Part shown: positions 13,014 through 25,959 of the stretch, piece after piece | Position numbering within the stretch: position 1 is the first letter of the stretch | How the letters are laid out: the number at the start of each line of letters is the position of its first letter | Assembly: GCA_013265495.1 (NCBI GenBank) | Contig: MU058103.1 | Location: forward strand, 498,001-562,000 | DNA from: Vicugna vicugna | Lineage: Eukaryota | Length of the DNA: 64,000 bases | Direction: 5' to 3' | The notes under the pieces: generated by a model | What the model saw: the letters and a program-made list of their open reading frames with translations, nothing else | Told to the model about the DNA's origin: nothing | Database searches by the model: none | Position numbers and translations under genes: made by a program

Positions 13014-14250
13014 TTTCATGTGTTTTTTGATCATTTGTATGTCTTCCTTGGCGAATTGCTTGTTTAGGTCTTCTGCCCATTTTTGGATTGGGTTGTTTAT
13101 TTTTTTCTTATTGAGTCGTATGAGCTGCTTATATATTTTGGAGATCAAGCCTTTGTCGGTTTCACTTGCAAAAATTTTCTCCCATTCCGTAGGTTTTCTT
13201 CTTGTTTTATCTCTGGTTTCCTTTGCTCTGCAGAAGCTTGTAAGTTTCATTAGGTCCCATTTGTTTATTCTTGCTTTTATTTCTTCTAGGAGAAAATTTT
13301 TGAAATGTATGTCAGATAATGTTTTGCCTATGTTTTCCTCTAGGAGGTTTATTGTATCTTGTCTTANNNNNNNNNNNNNNNNNNNNNNNNNNNNNNNNNN
13401 NNNNNNNNNNNNNNNNNNNNNNNNNNNNNNNNNNNNNNNNNNNNNNNNNNNNNNNNNNNNNNNNNNNNNNNNNNNNNNNNNNNNNNNNNNNNNNNNNNNN
13501 NNNNNNNNNNNNNNNNNNNNNNNNNNNNNNNNNNNNNNNNNNNNNNNNNNNNNNNNNNNNNNNNNNNNNNNNNNNNNNNNNNNNNNNNNNNNNNNNNNNN
13601 NNNNNNNNNNNNNNNNNNNNNNNNNNNNNNNNNNNNNNNNNNNNNNNNNNNNNNNNNNNNNNNNNNNNNNNNNNNNNNNNNNNNNNNNNNNNNNNNNNNN
13701 NNNNNNNNNNNNNNNNNNNNNNNNNNNNNNNNNNNNNNNNNNNNNNNNNNNNNNNNNNNNNNNNNNNNNNNNNNNNNNNNNNNNNNNNNNNNNNNNNNNN
13801 NNNNNNNNNNNNNNNNNNNNNNNNNNNNNNNNNNNNNNNNNNNNNNNNNNNNNNNNNNNNNNNNNNNNNNNNNNNNNNNNNNNNNNNNNNNNNNNNNNNN
13901 NNNNNNNNNNNNNNNNNNNNNNNNNNNNNNNNNNNNNNNNNNNNNNNNNNNNNNNNNNNNNNNNNNNNNNNNNNNNNNNNNNNNNNNNNNNNNNNNNNNN
14001 NNNNNNNNNNNNNNNNGGGGTAGAGGGTGGGAAGGGATAGACTGGGATTTCAAAATTGTAGAACAGATAAACAAGATTACACTGTATAGCACAGGGAAAT
14101 ATACACAAAATGTTATGATAAATCACAGAGAAAAAAATGTGACAATGAGTGTGTATATGTCCATGTATGACTGAAAAATTGTACTGAACACTGGAATTTG
14201 ACACAACACTGTAAAATGATTATGAATCAATAAAAATGTAAAAAAAAAAA
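13014..14250 (+). mobile_element. Young lineage-specific L1, 5'-truncated with 5' inversion; junction hidden in assembly gap
   Basis: 13014-13366 is uninterrupted L1 ORF2 on the minus strand ([13 protein letters not shown]...[13 protein letters not shown]...PTEWEKIFA...[12 protein letters not shown]...[12 protein letters not shown]). 14017-14250 is an L1 3' UTR with AATAAA and poly(A) on the plus strand. TSD aagatatatact (13002-13013) / aagataaatact (14251-14262). Confidence 0.85.
13367..14016. other. Assembly gap (650 N)
   Basis: Run of N. Confidence 1.
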
Positions 14251-14309
14251 AAGATAAATACTATGTATTGAGATATATTAATGGAGAGATATATTTGACA
14301 TTTTTGAAT

Positions 14310-15780
14310 TAGAAAACTCAACATTGGAAAGACTTCACATTTTATTATTAGTTTAAAATTTAATCTGATGATAACACTAACATCATTTTAACTTTCAAAG
14401 TGCAACTAAAAGAATAATTTTTAAAAACTAAAAAACTACCAAGAAATATTTTATTAACATATTAGCAGATTTAAAACAATAGAGAACATATTTTTGGTAA
14501 AAACATCCAGACAGAAAAACATAAAAAAAGCAAAATTTCAAATAACGTAAAATTCCTAAATATTAAATTCATCAACTTGCTGTTTGTGAAAAAAAAGACA
14601 TATGTCTATGTTGCACTGTAAACTTTAATTAAAATGATAAATAGAAATTGAATCAATAGAAATTCTAGACAAAATGTACAGTTGAATATTCGCCTAGTCT
14701 TAGAATGAGGAAGGACTTTATAAACATGACTCAAAGAGATGGAAGATTTATGAATATAGTTACATAAAAATGTATGCCTCCTGAAGGATCTGAAAAGATA
14801 TGCATAATCAAATTACAAAAATAGCAAAAATAACAAGATATATATGAAAATAACAGGTTGTTACCTTGAATATGTAAACATATTTTGCAACTCAGTAAAA
14901 ACAATGATAAAAAGCTCTATAGAAAACTGAATAAAGGACAGTAACTGGAAATTCCTAAATGAAGCCTTGAAATGTTGAATAAAACAATGTAAGAATGTGA
15001 ATTAAAATAGCAGAATATAACAGTTTTACATTAATCATGCCGGAGAAGACCAAATAATTCCAAGAACCAGGTCAGTGACGATACAGATTCATGCATTGCT
15101 GATGAGTATGCGTGTTGGTACATTTTGGGGAATGTGAGTTTTCCATTATGTATCAAAAATCTAAGTATAATATCATTAACCTGGAAACTCCAAAGAAATC
15201 AGAGTGCACAAAATATTTGTACCAAGACATTACTGCAAGTTGGTTATAGCAACATAAGAATGATGGTTAATGATCACTGACCTCTTGTGATTTTCCATAA
15301 ATTAGCTCATTTAATCCCTTACCCAATTCTCTGAAAATATAATATTATTATTTCCAGTTTTTAAATGATGAAACTGAGCCAGAGATGTTACACAACCTCT
15401 TAAATTTACACATTGGTGTAAAAACCGAGCAAAATATTAGGTAAAGCCTAACTAGTTAATATTAGTGGTTTGGCTTATTATACTCCTGCAATACATGAAA
15501 GAATATTCATGTAGTCATTAAATGATGTTGTAGAGTAGTTAATGACATGGGAAAATGTTCATGGTACACTGTTAAATGAAACTGGCTATTTTCCCAAGGT
15601 ATAAACTTTATGATCCCTTAAAGAAAAAGAAACAAAAGATTTATACATTTGTTTAGTGTAGATACTGGTACCAAATGTCAACAGTGATTATTTCTGGGTG
15701 CTGTGGCTATGGGTCAGTTTTCATTTTAATCTCATGGCTTCTCTTTGTTTTAAATTTTCTACAATGAGCATTAATCTTTT
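14310..15780 (+). mobile_element. Highly decayed old L1 (L1ME-like) ORF2/3' fragments with a MIR-like insert
   Basis: A-rich strand bias. Motifs 'tcatgcattgctgatgagtatgcgtgttggtacattttggg', 'aatgacatgggaaaatgttcatg' and 'caaatgtcaacagtgattatttctgggtg'. Boundaries approximate. Confidence 0.55.
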
Positions 15781-18700
15781 ATAATGAAAACCATGTTTTT
15801 TTTAAAAACAGAATATATTTTGATAATTTGCATACAAGAATCAAGGTGGGATGGTCTTCTAATTGTCACTCTGTGTAGTTTGGTATAAGAAAACAGAAAA
15901 AGAAAAGAGGGATTTCCAAGAAAGTCATATAGGCTATATTTAATTATCACTCCAGGATTCTTCAATAAAAAAAAATGTTTTCTCCTTAACCTCTGGCATA
16001 CAGGTTTAATGGTGCGAAAATACATTTATTGATAAAGAAGGTGGAATTTTGACATCAATAGCTTTTGGACCTTTCTACCTCAACTCATTCTCCTGCCATA
16101 ATCTCATTGTTTATGCATCAGTTCCATGTCACACTATCATAAGTCTTTAGAGCTCCAAACATGTCTCTTAGGCCAATTGTAAAGGGAGGGTTGATACGTG
16201 AGGAAATAATCTCAGAGTAGCACCTACTAAATACAAAGCAATGTGCTAAGCCTTGTGCATAAATGCCCTTTGGCTCTCAGAGAACTTAAGTGGGAGAGAG
16301 ATAATATAAGCATATGGAAGTTTGCTTAACAATAAACTTGTATAAAAATAACTTCAAGCATAGGGGAGATGTTAGGGGTAGCAAGTGATTTCCAGTGACC
16401 TAGATGATCATTACTTAAGAGTGTAGAGTGGTCTCTGAGGATCAGAGTGCTTTTATAAAACTTTATGATTTGAGAGGGATCTTAACTAACTCCAAAGTGC
16501 CCCACAGCTTTTAAACAGATGAAAATAAGAGTCAAGGTGGCCACATTGTAGTGGAAAGTGCACTAGACCGAGAGGCAGAACATGGCAGTGTAAGTCCTTG
16601 TTCTGCTGCTGCCCAGAGGGATAAACACAATCAAATAAATGACTGTACTGGAGCTCAGTTTCTTTCTTTATAAAATGTGGGAAATAACTTACCTCCCTCA
16701 CAAAGTTATTGGAGAGCAGTGAATGGCAGGAAGAAAGATAGGGGATCAAACTACGGAAGTAGTTTGGGGTCGAATCACGTAAATCATGATGTTTTGGAAA
16801 TGTGGATTACATTTAACCAGGAAAATAGTGCTTTTGGGTAGAACTGTAATGTCAGTTTCCTATGGGAATGGCTGATGGCCGACTAATCTTCATGACACAC
16901 ATAGTTATAGCTACTGAGTGCCAAGTATAGGCCAGTGACTGGTTTAGGGACTGGTGAGAAGGATCAAAGATGAATTGGACATTATTTCTCTTCTCAAGTA
17001 GCTCCTAGTTTGTGGAGTAAAGACAGTTAAGTTTAATAATTAAGTTTAGGGCTAGTCCACTTTGCTGTGGACATATACCAAGGTAACTATTTCCTCTGCC
17101 CTGGGAAATGAAGAAAGTTTCCCTTCCCTCTGAGTCTTATTGTGCATGAAATACTTAACCAGATGGAAAAAGTAAAGAGTAAACGTCTCATCATGTGAGC
17201 AAGAAAGAGTGTCATGTTTTTGGAGTCACATGGGACATCAGAAATGACAAAGTGCAAGGTGCAGCTTGTGTAGCCTGAGCTACATCTTTGCTCCACTGTA
17301 CTAGTGGCAAGAGATGGATAAAGCAATTAACCTTTTATGGTAGATTTCTAAAGGTCATAGATGTTTTTCAAAACATACCAAGTGCAGAGGGATTGGTTTA
17401 ACGCCAGTACCAGTAAAGGCACAAGAGGTGATAGCAGCTTTTGTCAGCCAGGGACATTGACTAGATGTCTCACCGCTGCTAATTAGTACTTGACTCAAGG
17501 TGATTTACTCCTGGAAACCAACACACACAGAAATTCCTCCTCTGTACCCATCAGTCTCCAAAGACCACCTCCAACCTCAAACGAATCACATGACGTTGCA
17601 AATATTAATTTATTTCTCTGCTTCTGGCCTCTAGGAGGAGTGTTCCTGAGGGCCGAGATCTCTTTAATCTCTAATCCCACTGTAACACATATGACCACAG
17701 GATGTGGAGAAATTGTAAGTCTCTTTCCCCCTCAACAGTATGTCTATACAGAATCATGTTTTCTTTCTGATTCCAGCACTTAACCCAGCATCTGACACAT
17801 TTTTAGCGTACCGATAAATATTAAGATGAAATAAATGGAAATATATAGCATCAGGATAGGTTTTAAGTGGCCAGAGGTGATGTATTAACTGACTTGTTGT
17901 ACGTTCTAATCTAGTAGGAGAAAGAAAACCATACCTGTAGTCCAGAAATACCTGAGGATGGTTTATGTTTAATATATGATTTAATTAGATTTCGATAAAT
18001 ATAGTGAGCACAAACTGGACCGAGTAGTGAAAATAAGTGATCAGAATGAGTGATGGAAGTGAAAAGTCAAAGCACATTTCCAGGAAGCTATAAGGGAATG
18101 TGACCAAGAGGCCTGTTGACAAAGTGGACACAAATATGCCTCCAACCTTTGTGAAGAAAATATTAGAAACATGTAATTCGACTTACCTATCCATACTGTG
18201 CAAGCTGAAAGTGAACATTACTGAGTTAGTGTTTCATTTAATTCCTTCTGCATGAGTAATATATTCCTACTCTTGCTCTCCTTTGGATCTTCACCAAAAG
18301 ACTGAATTAAGAATAAGGCATTATTATTCCTACTACACAGAAAAGTGAGGCACCAAGAGAGTAATCTGCCCTGGGTTTTGAGGAGTCCAGCTCATGACTA
18401 ATTTTTTTTTTTAACTAATCAAGGCATCTCTTTATCTGTGGATGTCATGTTGTGATCCTAAGACATGACTCTGGGTTCTTTTTCTTTCCCCCTTTGCTTC
18501 TGCCTCTTAACTGTTTTCCTTCACTCAGAAAACTATAGCTTTCCTGACAGGAGGCAACTCCATTAAAGGTGGCCTCTCAGAGGGCTTGACTATTCAGAGT
18601 GCCATTTCTGTATTTGTCCTGGGATTTGGGAAGGCTCAAAGGGAGCTCCTCCTTGTTCTCTTCTAAGGAAGTCTCAGAGTCAGCAGTTCATGACTCACAA

Positions 18701-19169
18701 TACAATATTTTAATGGAGAAAGGGCCCAGAGACCATTATCCAGAAGTTACTAAATGTCAGGACCATGGAGGCAGGCTTTATGGATTTCTTTAAAGAGCTT
18801 CATTAACTTGACTAATTGGAAAGTGGAGATTTGCAGACTTGTCTGCTTGTAGGTGTGAGCAGGCAAAGTCAATAGGATGTGTGTGCAGGACCCGTGGGAC
18901 TGCGATAAGCCAGTAACCACTCCTGGCAGATGGACAGTACGTTTGCATTTGGTCCACTGTAAATGAGGGTGATAACTGAGGCTGCAGGATGTAACAGGAA
19001 GAGCTGCTGATTTGGAGTCACCTTGAACTGGATGAGAATCCCGACTCAACCAGTTATTAACCTTGAGAATATAAAACAACTACTTAAATTCGCTGAGCTT
19101 AATTTTGGCCTCTGTGAAATAGGAGGTAGTCTACCTTTACATGGTGTCTGTGATAATTCATACTAATGG

Positions 19170-20510
19170 ACTTTGGGTAGAGATAGTGGGGGTGAAAACA
19201 CATTTACCTTTATTCCCTAAATGAAAATAAAGGATATCTTAAATTATACAAACCTGCAGAGGAAAAGAGAAAGGAGAGGAGATAAAAGCAATAAATGTTG
19301 AGAGCTATGAAGTTGATAGACAACTGTTAAGTGAGCGTATCCAAGGAAGCTGACTGCTAAACCTGTAGTGAGAAAAACTAAAAAGCCATTGGGTAGAAAA
19401 TGCATATTAAGCCCTCTCAAAAAAAAAAAAAAAAGAGGTGGGGATTGGGTAACAGATACTCTAAGAATGGGGATAAAGGTGAAAAAAAATTAAAAACTAC
19501 TTGAAAGTCTACATAAGATGCAGTTAAATCCCCATATAACCTTCCCCACTCTGTCCTCCAACTATTAAAAGACTAAAAAGGATAAAATAGGGGTTTATTA
19601 TAAGATATTATCTACCATAGTTGTCGGGAAAATACTTTACTGAAAATAGAGGGGTTCAGTGTATGTTAACATGCTGAATGCTGAGACCCACAGCTCTCTT
19701 CCCTCATGTGACACACAGATAGACCCCAGACAGGAATTTGAAAATTCCCTCTAAGGGGAAACTGATTAACCCAGTAGGAAAGACATAAAGTAAACAAACC
19801 AAGCAGATAACCCTGCAGTGATGCCCACAGCTACAAGTTACACACATTGGCTCAAATAAATAGATTCTGAGTTCCCAATTCCTAAATGTAAGCAGACAAC
19901 TAAAAGTTACAGGCAACTGAAGAGTGTCTCTAATATAAAAGCTTAATAATGAGCCAACAGAAAGAAAAAGCAATTCTGAATAAATGAGAACTATAAAAAT
20001 TAAACTTAAAAAAGTTAGTTGACAGCCTCAGAGGACTAAGAGTAGATATTAATTCTATTACAAATAGGATACTATAATAAGTTCTATTTAGAAAGTAAAG
20101 AACTCAATAATCATATGTTATTATTTTATATTCCTATGCCCATATATAATTTTGCTTTGTATGATAACATATATAGACATAGATTTTTCTTATATGTATA
20201 ACAGCAGAAATCAAAATTCAATAAAATGCTTCAAACATAACATTATAGAAATATTGCTGAAAGTGGAATAAAAAATATAAGGATAAGGAAAAGAAAAGTA
20301 AAAATATATAAAAATAAGATAATTATGGGAGATCCAACAGCAAAATAATAGGAGTTTCAGAACTAACATAATCAACAAAATTAAGATTTTAAAACGGTGG
20401 AGGAAACTTTTAATAGGATACTTCAAGAAACTTTTATGTCAGGAAAAATATTTGCTTCTTGTTTGGAAGGGTTCACTAAGTGTCCAACAAAAGAAGTGAA
20501 GGTAGATCCA
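19170..20510 (+). mobile_element. Old L1/HAL1-like 5'/ORF1-region fragment
   Basis: Strong A-bias and degenerate ORF1-like segments (e.g. 'ataataggagtttcagaa', 'ggaagggttcactaagtgtccaac'). Boundaries approximate. Confidence 0.4.
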
Positions 20511-20559
20511 CACTATACAATGAACACCACATCTCTGTTTCCCCTTCCTGGTCCAAGGT

Positions 20560-21176
20560 ACAGCATATCATGACTAAGATGCTACAATAGCCTAATAAGC
20601 CTTTCTATTCTTGACCAAGGTTAATCATATCTGCATGTAAACAACCAAAGCAACAATCTTTCACTTAGTATTCTTCAAGGCTTCCCATCACGCTCAGAAT
20701 GCATTCAAAATTCTATCTCTGACTAACAAGACTCTTCATAATTAAGTTCCTAATCCCCTTTCCTTCCATTTCCTCCCTTCAGTCACACTGGTTCCCTGCT
20801 GATGCCTGGGGGAACCAAGTTCAGAACCTTACCACTTGCTTTTTCCACTGGCCTGGAATTATTTTTTTTTCCTTGAAGTATGTATTTACATCTCTTCCTT
20901 CATAACTCTATTCAGGTTTCCACGCAATGCAATCTCTTCAGGCTTCCACTGACATTATAATCAATATTTTACGTCTATTCCTCTCTCTTCCTTTACTTTC
21001 CATGACTTTTCCTCAAAGCACTTATTATTAATTGAAAAAATGAATATATCTATGAGGTTTCTTATTTATTCTCTTTGCTATAAAATATAAGGCCCATGCT
21101 GGCAGAAACATCATTGAGCTTATTGCTGCAACTGATAACTAGAACTCTGCTTGACAAAAAGGAGGCACTTAATACA
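20560..21176 (+). mobile_element. L2 3' portion
   Basis: 'cttcaaggcttcccatcacgctcagaat...', 'tataaggcccatgctggcagaaac' and 'ggaggcacttaataca' follow the L2 3'-end pattern. The last bases are split by the SINE. Confidence 0.6.
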
Positions 21177-21185
21177 TTTCTCCTG

Positions 21186-21324
21186 GGGGGAGGGTATAAC
21201 TGAAGTGGTAGAGTACATGCTTAGCATGCACAAAATGCTGGGTTCAATCCCCAATACCTCCTCTAAAAATAAAAAAATAAAACTTAATTGCCTCCCCGCC
21301 TGAAAAAAAAAAGAAAAAGAAAAT
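21186..21324 (+). mobile_element. tRNA-derived SINE, camelid-type
   Basis: gggggagggtataactgaagtggtagagtacatgcttagcatgcac...gggttcaatcccc (A-box and B-box like), A-rich tail, TSD tttctcctg (21177-21185 / 21325-21333). Confidence 0.85.
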
Positions 21325-22419
21325 TTTCTCCTGAATAAAATCAAGTTGTAGATAATGTCCATCTGCTCTAATCTATAGCAGGAACTTTGTCTTCCTTAAA
21401 TTCTATTAAAAAAAAATGGCCAGAGCATTTCTTTATTTTTTAAAATAGCCTCCTGGAGGGGAGTCCAGTCGGTTTTATCTAGAATGACTAAAAGTGAGGA
21501 GGAGAGCTAGGTCAGGTGTTCCTGACAAGGGCTCCTGGAGGACCACGGTCTGAGGCGGTCTCTTGATTGTTTCCTTACATGCTCTAGGAAAGTAGGGCTC
21601 TCAGAGGGAAACAGCTCTGTGGTGTTTTCGGGAGACTTAAATCCTGCCGGCTGGCTTTGTTAAAGACCCAGCTTCAAGGTTAGCTCAGAATTTTTGATCT
21701 TCTTATCTTACGAACTTGGACAGCAAAAGTGTTAGCAGTGGGCAACGTTCTGGAAGGTGCAGGATGCCAAGAACCTTTGTCCAACCCTGAGGGGAGGGGA
21801 AGGAACTCCTGTAGAGCCTGTGGTTGAGCTTACTTCTAGCCCAGGCAGATGAAGCTTCAGAAAAAAATAAATAAATAAATTAGACTTGGAGATATTCCAT
21901 ACCTGTGACTTTCTCATTCTTATCTAGGGAATAAAGTTCACAGTTCTTACATGTGGAATGTTTTACCCATTTAATTCAATAGAAACAAAAATAGTTTCAG
22001 TTCTACCAGAAATTTTGACTTCTGCATTCAAAATTCAAAACAGTAAGTGTGCCCTAAATATAAATGGTGAAGATGCTGTCAGGGGGTGATCAAGCATACG
22101 ACATAATCTACATGGGAGTAAAATCTATATGTTTGAAAAGATTCTGTAATTCCTCCATTCTATGAAGGCATGCATGTAAGAGGGACAGTTAATTTAATAA
22201 TAACTTTTCATAATAACCACTGTAATTATTTCAGCTGGTCATACTACTTCTGGCAGTAGTCAATGAAATGTGAGTGATTTAGCCAGTTCAGACTGGGCAT
22301 GTGCTATCTGGTTAACCTGCTTCTCTCCACTAGGTTTCTAGCCTGATCCCTCTAGGTGTGTTTATTTGCCCCCTGGCTTTACTGTGCTATTCTTCTGCTT
22401 GCGTGGGGATGCTGTCTAC

Positions 22420-22620
22420 CTGAGTCATTATGCTGGCTCCAGCACGTACCGTGTGCTTTTGGTCAGGTTATTTAACCTCCCTTTGCTAAGGTGACCTCCT
22501 GTATAGAACAGAATTATAAATAGTACTTACTTCATAGGGTTGGTTATAAGAAGATGAAATTACTGATTTCTGGCAAAGTGTTTGGAACTGTCTGGCAAAT
22601 AGCAAGCTCTTGATGCTACT
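22420..22620 (+). mobile_element. MIR SINE
   Basis: 'ggtcaggttatttaacctccctttgct...ctcctgtatagaacag...aatagtacttacttcatagggttggtt' MIR core. It is one of many MIR remnants in the window. Confidence 0.6.
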
Positions 22621-23290
22621 ATTATCATGATCATCATCATTCTTCAAGCTCTAGTTAGAATGTAACCTTCTAAGCAAAATTTTCCTGACTGTCCATACCC
22701 CAGTATAGTTCATTCTCATTTGCCCAACACTGTACCTACTACAAATCTCTAGAGGCCCCAAAAACCTGGTATTAAAAATATTAGCATATGTCACTCTCCT
22801 CTATCAGATCATGAGCTCATTGATGACAAGGGCTATGTTTTATTCATCTCTGCACTCCCACAGTCTGATTCCCCAAGTGTTATACAATAGAAAATGCATG
22901 CTTAATGGATATTTTATTCATTCATTTTTATTTGGCATTTGTTATTTAACATTATATGTAATAGGACATGAGTGTGCTCCAGACCAAAAGGCAGAGGACA
23001 AAAACCCATCACTTCGTACTATTATGTATGTTAATAGTAATAAATATTTTATCTCCATGCTCATCTATTATTTTTACCCCCCCAAAATATGTATTTTTTC
23101 AAGGTAAAATTAAACCTGAGCTGTCTTTCAAACTCCTAAAAATGATTTCAGTGTGTTCTACAAATGTGTCTTCATATCCACAGCCTGTATCTCAGGGTCT
23201 GGCATACAGGGGGCACCTTCTAAAAGTTGTTGAAGGAGTGAATAACTGAATGACTAAATGTATGAATGGTTGTCATTCTCTAGCTGGAGA

Positions 23291-23750
23291 TTTTTTTTTA
23301 ATTGAAATATAATTGATTTACAATGTTGTATTAGTTTCTGTTGTACAGTATAGGGATTCAATTAGATATATATTCATTTTCGTATTCTTTTTCAATATAG
23401 GTTATTGCAAGCTATTGAATATAGTTACCTCTGCTATACAGTAGGACCTTGTTGTTTATCTATTTTATATATGGTAATTAGTATCTGCAAATCCTGAACT
23501 CCCCATTTATCCCTCCCTACCCCGGTTCCCCCGAGGTAACCATAAGTTTGCTTTTCTATGTCTGTGAGTCTGTTTCTGTTTTTAAATAAGTTCATTTTTG
23601 TCATTTTTTTTTTAGATTCCACATATAAGTGATGTCATATGGTATCAGTTCTCTTTCTGGCTTATTTCACTTTGTATGATAATCTCTAGTTCCATCCATG
23701 TTGCTGTGAATAGCATTATTTCATTCTTTTTTATAGCTGAGTCATATTCT

Positions 23751-23793
<43 letters not shown>

Positions 23794-23869
23794 TACCATG
23801 TCTTCTTTATCCAATTATCTGTTGATGGACATTTAGGTTGCTTGCATGCCTTGGCTATTGCAAATAGTG
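23291..23869 (-). mobile_element. 5'-truncated L1 (artiodactyl-type 3' end) with perfect 12-bp TSD
   Basis: Poly(T) followed by antisense L1 3' UTR and ORF2 end. TSD tctagctggaga at 23279-23290 and 23870-23881. Confidence 0.9.
23753..23790. repeat. (TG)19 microsatellite inside the L1
   Basis: Perfect dinucleotide run. Confidence 0.95.
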
Positions 23870-25959
23870 TCTAGCTGGAGACTAACTCCTGTTGAGACAA
23901 CAGGGACTCAGATCTCTAAAGCCCTGGAGCAATTTTTAACTCCCCCTTCTCTCCCTCCCATAACCACACCCTAATGTCTCAAGACACTGCATTTTCAGAG
24001 CTTAGAGTATACTGGTAGTACCTCCTTTACCCAGTTCTGTGCTTATATATAACCAGGGAAAGCAGTAAAGGGGTTGAAAGACATTTAAAGTAACTTCTGG
24101 GAAAGGGATGGAAACAGTTCAAAATGACTTTCACACCTAATAATACAGCTGTACATTGAAAGAAAACATTGTAATAGTTCTTACTGAATGTGAAAAAGAA
24201 GTAACATTTTATTTCTCTAATGAAGATTTTGAAAGGAGGATAGAAGCTTTATACGTGGTGATAAAGAGGCAGAAATTTAAAAAAAATTGACACCTAATCA
24301 GAAAGGCATTCATAGAACCAACACATTTTACAGAAAATAGTAACTTGCATTTCAAATGTAGTTAGCAATTAACTCATATGTGTTCATCAATTAGATACTT
24401 AGGTTAACCTTGGGAGGTGGAACAGTATTAACCTAAATTTTCTGATGAGATAACTGAAGTTTAGGATTTTTAAGTCCCAAAATTTAGTGCCTATTAGACA
24501 AATTTCTGTGAAAAATGTACATGTATCTCAAATTAAATAAAGTTGTCTGACTACCTTTCACTAGCTACCCTTATATTAATGCTGAATGTTTCATGTACTG
24601 TTCTTATAAGGTAGAATGTTCTGGATATAAATTTCAAGGATTTGGACCTTCCCAACTATTTCTAATTCCTATAATCATAACTTTCAAATTCTCTGACATA
24701 TCATGCCAGGTGTAATTTCCAGTTCTCAGACTCAGTCTGGCGTTTCATCTGAAGGCTGCGGGGTAACCTCGAGCAGCACTGCCATTAAACTGACGTTAAC
24801 CTTCATCAGTTCTTCTTTCAGAGACAGATTGCTTTTCATTTCACATACATTCTGTCTTGATCTGAATAACCTTTGTTGGTACTGAGTTTAGAACCTTTGG
24901 CGATCCATTTTTTGGAAGATATTAGTCTATTGCAGCTTTGGAGAAACAAGGAATTATCCCCAACAGGGATATCTGGCCCATGGCCAAGGGCAGAGCAAAT
25001 CATCCTTCTCCCTTTAAAGGCTGGTGGTTACTCACATTACCACCATCTGAGCACTAGTCCTGGATCCAGAATGTCCCATGGTGGAATATGGTCAATAAAT
25101 TTGTAAAGTGTTATATGGCATAATAAATAGCTCCCTATACCTCTCCATAATCACTCCCATCTCACTCATAAATGCTGTATATGAAACCCCTTGATAACAG
25201 AGACCATGGCTGCTTTGCTCACCACTCTCCCTCCTCGTGTCTATCAGATACTCCTATGTAGCAAACACTGAATATAGTAACTGGATGTCTTTGTCTCTAT
25301 CCTTCCTCCATGGGAAACTCAAATTTCACATTTAACTATAAAGAACACTGGCAGTCCTCCAGTCTAGAAGCCTTTACCTTCGATGGATTTACACTGTATT
25401 CTGCATGCCTCCTCCTCCTCCCCCAAGGTTTCTAATGAAAATACTAAACATACATTTAACAATATCCACCCATCATTCCAGGGCCTTTTTGTTTTCTATT
25501 TCATAAGTTGCAGAAAGTCATTCATGTCCTCTGAACTACTTTAGCATGCATATTAATAAGAAGTCAGCCTCTATTCATGATTGTCTTATATTTTCAGGGA
25601 AATTCTACACTTAAGGAATAAGTGAATCTTAAGTGTGCATTCAGTGAGTTAGACATATACACAGCTATATAGCCCAATCCTATATCAAGAAACAGAACAT
25701 CACTTTAAAGATTCTATTCTCCTCACCCAACCAGATGTTACTACAGATCTCTTTCCATTTGTTTCTTCCACTGTGTATTTGTTTGTCGGATGTTTGTTTT
25801 CACCTGCCCTAGTACCTCATGTTAGCGTCTTACTCTTTGGGGTCAGGTACTTTTTTTTTCGTAGCATAACTTTCTTTAAGAATCATTCATACAGTCGTTT
25901 CCCTTCTAATTTAATGAAACTTAAGTGTTTTATCATTACTTTTTCTAGAAGTACTGGAC

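Larger units (their letters stand above)
12793..14303. repeat. 132-bp-period tandem duplication; second copy interrupted by L1
   Basis: Copy 1 is 12793-12922. Copy 2 starts at 12925 (tccgtgactatagttaagaaac...), is broken after aagatatatact (13013) and resumes after the L1 poly(A), ending ...gacattt at 14303. Confidence 0.95.

Noticed and set aside
12928..14204. Five long ORFs (234-403 aa) in the ORF track
   Set aside because: Their length comes from translating the N gap; the only real coding signal is the L1 ORF2 fragment.
18187..18301. Minus-strand exon-like segment with TAG|gtaagt donor
   Set aside because: Stops in all three frames and no other support.
21186..21260. tRNA gene
   Set aside because: Has A/B boxes but also an A-rich tail and TSD, and no intact cloverleaf is evident; it is a SINE.
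24700..24950. Possible terminal coding exon on the minus strand (YQQRLFRSRQNVCEMKSNLSLKEELMKVNVSLMAVLLEVTPQPSDETPD*)
   Set aside because: Weak acceptor, no recognised homology and no partner exon; may simply be unique non-coding DNA.
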